Virus record (IMG/VR): IMGVR_UViG_2706794665_000014
Reading direction: 5' to 3' (one strand)
DNA from: a virus
Taxonomy: Duplodnaviria; Heunggongvirae; Uroviricota; Caudoviricetes
DNA: 9,711 nt
Numbering within the stretch: the stretch's first letter is position 1; each line of letters opens with the position of its first letter. Below the pieces are notes generated by a model, which was given only the letters and a program-made list of their open reading frames with translations, made no database searches and was not told where the DNA came from. Shown in pieces: positions 6,326-9,711 of the stretch. Both the position numbers and the translations under genes were made by a program.

Positions 6326-6539
6326 TCAAGGTTATTTCTGGAAGTCAAGTCGTGAGTGATGAGGACTAACAAATACGGTGAACTCGATAAAGAGATTCAG
6401 GACGAACTGGAGGCCAGGAATGATTGACAAATCACCAAGTGAGTTCAGCTACAAAGATTTATTGTCATAACGGGTTATGAGATCGACTTGGTGCGTGATA
6501 TTCTTCGGGCCAGTTTGCTATGCGCCACCATGAGATGTT

Positions 6540-8372
6540 ATGGCCCGCATGTTTGATACATTAGGATTTTACATTATGAATGTGCAACATTTTGATTTTT
6601 TTACAGATAATGAGTTTTCTAATCTGGAAAGATATCAAACTTGTAAAGCCATGGCCAAAGGTTATGCGGGCAATTACAAAACCGGGCAGTCAAGGTTGAT
6701 GCATGCCCGCTCATACTGCTTCAGCATCGTAGCTGCATATTGGGATACCCTTGCAAAAAAGCAAAAAAGCAGCATTAAAATGAGGGCAGTACCGCACACT
6801 GTTTACATAGAAGACATTCCATGTGATGCACGCGAGCTCGCTGAACGAACAGGTGAGCTTATTGCTCAATTTCCGGCGGAGGACGCTGGATATCTGATTG
6901 GGTCAATTTATACGGTAATGCTGCCATCCGCTTACCGTTCGGAATTGGGGGCTTACTATACCCCCCCACCTTTGGTAGCGCGTCTCTTGGACCTGGCTGA
7001 AAAGTCTGGTGTTGATTTTTCTCATGCATCGGTTATTGATCCTGCGTGTGGTGGCGGTGCATTTTTGGCACCAGTAGCCATTCGAATGTTAAAAAAAGAC
7101 AAGGGGTCTTCCCCTGAATGGATGTTGAGGAGAATCAGTCGTCGTTTAAAGGGGATAGAGATCGATCCATTTGCGGCTTGGATGAGTTTGGTATTGCTCG
7201 AATCTGTACTAATGCCACTATGTGTAAAGGTAAAACGTAGATTGCCTGAAGATACAATTATTGTTGCTGATGCGCTTCAGCAAGATAAATTTTCTGGTTA
7301 TGATCTTGTGGTAGGGAATCCGCCTTACGGACGTGTCACTCTCGATATTAAAACGAGAGAAAAATATTCTCGTTCGTTATTTGGTCATGCAAATCTATAT
7401 GGATTGTTCACCGACTTAGCTGTTCGCATGGTTAAAGAGAAAACAGGAGTTATTGCATTTCTTACGCCAACTTCTTTTCTTGGTGGGCAGTATTTCACCG
7501 CGCTGCGAACCCTTTTGACCGAAAAAACTACTCCGTATGCCCTTGATTTCGTCACTGACAGGGATGGGGTCTTTGACGATGTTCTCCAGGAAACAATGTT
7601 GACAGCATTCAAGGCGGGAGAACATAAAGTTCGGGCCCAGGTATCCTCACTTGTCCCTAAGGGGTTGAACAAAGCAAAAATTGAGAAAATAGGTAATGTT
7701 GATATAGAAAAAGGTGGAGCAACGTGGCTTTTGCCACGCGTTAAAGATGATGCCTGTTTTCTTAATGTATTAAAACAGATGTCTACGCGTTTAGCTGATC
7801 TGGGATACTCAGTCTCTACAGGTCAGTTAGTCTGGAATCGATTTAAGTCGCAGTTGCGTACGACGAAAGGAAAAAATAGCTACCCATTAGTCTGGGCGGA
7901 ATCAATAACTTCAGCTGGTTTTCGTTTTAGTGCAGACAGAAAAAATCATGTTCCCTATATCGATATAACCCCACAACAGGGTTTCCTTGTGACAAAATCT
8001 GAATGTGTGCTTGTTCAGCGGACAACATCGAAGGAACAGGACAGAAGGATTTTAGCGGCAATTTTACCTCAGGGATTTATAGATGAAACTGGTGGCGTAG
8101 TAGTTGAAAACCATATTAATATTGTATATTCAAACGGATTGTTCTCTGCGGTTCGCCCTGATGTTATTGATATGCTACTTAATTCGCATGTTGTCGATCG
8201 GGCGTTCAGGTGTATAAGCGGAAGTGTTGCTGTTTCGGCCTATGAATTGAATTCAATCCCGTTGCCTTCTCTGGAGCAGGTGATGGAGATTCAATCGTTA
8301 ATTGATGCTGGCGTCCACAGACGGATTATTGAGAGAACTATCGCTGGTTTCTATGGAGTGATGATTGCATGA
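6540..8372 (+). CDS. N6-adenine DNA methyltransferase, gamma class (Eco57I/TaqI-like), 610 aa
   Basis: Motif X GAYYTPPPLVARLL (about 6948-6989), motif I VIDPACGGGAFL (about 7032-7067), motif IV VVGNPPYG (NPPY at 7317-7328), in the order X-I-IV. Alternative start ATG 6576 with AGGA RBS. AT-richer than the upstream phage genes. Confidence 0.85.
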   Translation: MARMFDTLGFYIMNVQHFDFFTDNEFSNLERYQTCKAMAKGYAGNYKTGQSRLMHARSYCFSIVAAYWDTLAKKQKSSIKMRAVPHTVYIEDIPCDARELAERTGELIAQFPAEDAGYLIGSIYTVMLPSAYRSELGAYYTPPPLVARLLDLAEKSGVDFSHASVIDPACGGGAFLAPVAIRMLKKDKGSSPEWMLRRISRRLKGIEIDPFAAWMSLVLLESVLMPLCVKVKRRLPEDTIIVADALQQDKFSGYDLVVGNPPYGRVTLDIKTREKYSRSLFGHANLYGLFTDLAVRMVKEKTGVIAFLTPTSFLGGQYFTALRTLLTEKTTPYALDFVTDRDGVFDDVLQETMLTAFKAGEHKVRAQVSSLVPKGLNKAKIEKIGNVDIEKGGATWLLPRVKDDACFLNVLKQMSTRLADLGYSVSTGQLVWNRFKSQLRTTKGKNSYPLVWAESITSAGFRFSADRKNHVPYIDITPQQGFLVTKSECVLVQRTTSKEQDRRILAAILPQGFIDETGGVVVENHINIVYSNGLFSAVRPDVIDMLLNSHVVDRAFRCISGSVAVSAYELNSIPLPSLEQVMEIQSLIDAGVHRRIIERTIAGFYGVMIA

Positions 8373-9469
8373 ATCTGCCTGTTGTTCCCCCATTGAATGT
8401 TATCCGGGAAAGATTACAATTAATTTTCCCTGAAGGGACTGAGAATCGTGGATATTTAATTCGGGAAATAGCTGCAAAAACAATTTTTGTCATGTTTTAT
8501 GCTGGTGCGGTTGAGGGGCTGGGGCGATGGATAAGGCCCAGCCAGGTTGTAAGTATGGGAGATTCGCAGGCTGCTCTTACTGATGATGCGTCCAGAGAAA
8601 GCTGGGTAAAGATGACTTTCTCTAAACAAAAGATAAGGCCTGCTGATGCATGGTATGCGGAAAATACGCGTGAGCCAATACGTGATGAAACTATAAAAAA
8701 TGGCCTAATACCTTGCAATGCAATTGTTGAGCGTAAAGGTATACCCACCACATCCTCTCGTCCTCGTTACAGTTTGAATCGCTCTTTTGCAGCACTCTTT
8801 GATGCCGGGCTTGAAGGAGATTCGCTGCTGAGTGCAATAAGTTCCTGGCAAGAAAATCATTTGAACAAAGCCGCTCTTGCTAGNNNNNNNNNNNNNNNNN
8901 NNNNNNNNNNNNNNNNNNNNNNNNNNNNNNNNNNNNNNNNNNNNNNNNNNNNNNNNNNNNNNNNNNNNNNNNNNNNNNNNNNNNNNNNNNNNNNNNNNNN
9001 NNNNNNNNNNNNNNNNNNNNNNNNNNNNNNNNNNNNNNNNNNNNNNNNNNNNNNNNNNNNNNNNNNNNNNNNNNNNNNNNNNNNNNNNNNNNNNNNNNNN
9101 NNNNNNNNNNNNNNNNNNNNNNNNNNNNNNNNNNNNNNNNNNNNNNNNNNNNNNCCAGATATTATTTTGATTGATTTGGGAGAGGACCGAACGGGTTCGG
9201 ACATGCTTGTAGTTTTCACTGAAGTAGTTGCGACAGATGGGCCTATAAACAGGGAACGAAAAGTTACTCTCACTCATTTGGCTATTGACGCTGGGTTCAG
9301 CGAGAAAAATCTTGCATTCCTTACGGCATTTATGGACAGAAGTGCTCTGCCTTTTAAAAAGGCAATACCAGAATTGGCGTGGGGATCTTATGCATGGTTT
9401 GCTTCTGAACCGGAGCACTTAATTGATCTTCGGGATGGTTATCCGGTAAAGATCAGCCAGAGAAAATGA
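8369..9469 (+). CDS. Methyltransferase-coupled partner protein, 366 aa; putative restriction endonuclease (possibly BsuBI/PstI-like), family not verified
   Basis: ATG 8369 overlaps the MTase stop (ATGA) with GGAG about 10 nt upstream, so operon coupling is clear. No catalytic motif recognised by eye; about 90 central codons are masked (8884-9154). Function inferred from context. Confidence 0.6.
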   Translation: MNLPVVPPLNVIRERLQLIFPEGTENRGYLIREIAAKTIFVMFYAGAVEGLGRWIRPSQVVSMGDSQAALTDDASRESWVKMTFSKQKIRPADAWYAENTREPIRDETIKNGLIPCNAIVERKGIPTTSSRPRYSLNRSFAALFDAGLEGDSLLSAISSWQENHLNKAALAXXXXXXXXXXXXXXXXXXXXXXXXXXXXXXXXXXXXXXXXXXXXXXXXXXXXXXXXXXXXXXXXXXXXXXXXXXXXXXXXXXXXXXXXXXXPDIILIDLGEDRTGSDMLVVFTEVVATDGPINRERKVTLTHLAIDAGFSEKNLAFLTAFMDRSALPFKKAIPELAWGSYAWFASEPEHLIDLRDGYPVKISQRK

Positions 9470-9621
9470 CCAAAGTTTGATATCCGCCACGCCCTGAAGG
9501 ATGGGGGTTTTACGGTGCACTGGATAAAAAATCGGTTTCATAGATTTGCCCACCGTGGTATACGCCTGCGATAAAAACTTTATTGTCATCAACGGCAAAA
9601 GCAATAATTGTTCTGTGGCGG

Positions 9622-9711
9622 GGTGATGCTGCCAACTTACTGATTTAGTGTATGATGGTGTTTTTGAGGTGCTCCAGTGGCTTCTGTTTCTATCAGCTGT
9701 CCCTCCTGTTC
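9622..9711 (+). mobile_element. IS1 insertion sequence, 5'-terminal 90 bp (left inverted repeat and start of insA); the element continues past the window end
   Basis: GGTGATGCTGCCAACTTACTGAT at 9622-9644 is the IS1 terminal repeat, followed by the canonical IS1 leader and the insA start. Same orientation as the IS1 end at 1-60. Confidence 0.88.
9677..9711 (+). CDS. insA: IS1 InsA, N-terminal codons (3'-partial)
   Basis: GTG 9677 then GCT TCT GTT TCT ATC AGC TGT CCC TCC TGT TC, giving (M)ASVSISCPSC, the InsA N-terminus. Confidence 0.7.
   Translation, partial: MASVSISCPSC

Noticed and set aside
6359-6427. 22-codon acidic ORF (MRTNKYGELDKEIQDELEARND) in the spacer upstream of the methyltransferase
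   Set aside because: No Shine-Dalgarno sequence and too short to assess; likely chance.
6424-6429. Perfect TTGACA -35 hexamer upstream of the methyltransferase
   Set aside because: No acceptable -10 hexamer at 16-18 bp spacing (AGCTAC or CAGCTA), so not called as a promoter; left as a candidate only.
6540-6575. Choice of methyltransferase start (6540 versus 6576), and likewise cro-like 2092 versus 2119 and repressor 2037 versus 2007
   Set aside because: Cannot be resolved from sequence alone. The longest ATG was used for the MTase and the RBS-supported or ATG starts for the other two.
9419-9604. Minus-strand 61-codon ORF between the partner-gene stop and IS1
   Set aside because: Its start is TTG with no RBS, it overlaps the 3' end of the partner gene, and the frame simply runs open into the IS1 end. 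It could be a remnant of an interrupted gene but nothing supports calling it.
1-9711. CRISPR arrays, tRNA or rRNA genes, integrase or attachment sites
   Set aside because: No regularly spaced direct repeats with unique spacers, no cloverleaf-like or rRNA-like sequence, and no integrase-like ORF were seen.

Overview
This window is about 9.6 kb of lambdoid (Rac-like) prophage DNA bracketed by two partial IS1 copies in the same orientation (IS1 3' end at 1-60, IS1 5' end at 9622-9711). Between them, left to right: a leftward pair of small translationally coupled genes (570-722, 193-558); a leftward operon encoding an HTH repressor with no recognisable autocleavage domain followed by a ParE/RelE-type toxin-antitoxin pair (1507-2007, 1293-1487, 1003-1293) and an intrinsic terminator; a divergent operator/promoter region carrying a repeated 15-bp palindrome; then rightward a Cro-like gene (2119-2382), a YdaT/CII-like gene (2379-2804), a replication initiator with iterons inside its coding sequence (2876-3953, reading frame not continuous across a masked gap), a DnaC-like helicase loader (3953-4696) and three hypothetical genes (4718-6325). 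The most interesting part is an AT-richer two-gene module downstream: a gamma-class N6-adenine DNA methyltransferase (6540-8372) translationally coupled to a 366-aa partner of unresolved identity (8369-9469), read as restriction-modification-like defence cargo. Four N-masked blocks (3048-3306, 3964-4237, 5467-5743, 8884-9154) each hide about 90 codons inside a gene. No rRNA, tRNA or CRISPR array was seen. All family assignments come from reading motifs and gene order by eye; no database search or computation was possible.
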